Program-made: the position numbers and the translations under genes | The notes under the pieces: model-generated | The model's input: only the letters and a program-made list of their open reading frames with translations | The model's database searches: none | What the model was told of the DNA's origin: nothing | Part shown: positions 63,991 through 64,000 of the stretch, in pieces | Numbering within the stretch: position 1 is the stretch's first letter | Layout: each line of letters begins with the position of its first letter | From: an uncultured Rivularia sp. | GTDB taxonomy: Bacteria > Cyanobacteriota > Cyanobacteriia > Cyanobacteriales > Nostocaceae | Length of the DNA: 64,000 bases | Direction of reading: 5' to 3' | Assembly: GCA_963665115.1 (NCBI GenBank) | Contig: OY762007.1 | Span: 2,304,001-2,368,000, forward strand

Positions 63991-64000
63991 TTATCGCGTT

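Overview
Window from a filamentous, Nostocales-like cyanobacterium, judged from psbD, SLH-porin, frequent HIP1 GCGATCGC sites and heptameric STRR repeats. 1-17.4 kb is mostly core genes: queD (frameshifted), cysK/Rrf2, porin, psbD and tRNA-Asn, plus an unannotated 23-codon ORF inside a structured, terminated transcript. 18.6-40.4 kb is an accessory envelope/signalling island: ELWxxDGT protein, exported TPR-CHAT protease, two tandem TpsA-like haemagglutinin proteins, a stand-alone HTH gene, DUF1822, a sigma-70-like gene, FHA-reductase, CHAT-CHASE2 receptor and DUF928. The first TpsA-like gene is broken by a frameshift and by a 2166-bp IS66-family element whose right end carries a strongly structured non-coding segment. 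The sigma-like and HTH genes share an identically spaced bipartite upstream motif. Together this suggests an uncharacterised protease-driven trans-envelope sigma-factor pathway (inference). 41-64 kb holds dacB, an ndh-2/DoxX/AraC cluster, RTX, Uma2, FHA and histidine kinase genes, an internally deleted PhnD-like gene, a REP-bracketed tandem array, NurA, a MITE-disrupted DUF4058 gene, a Na+/solute symporter, a Mn ABC transporter with ManR-type boxes and a C5 methyltransferase. All calls are by eye; no database searches were run.
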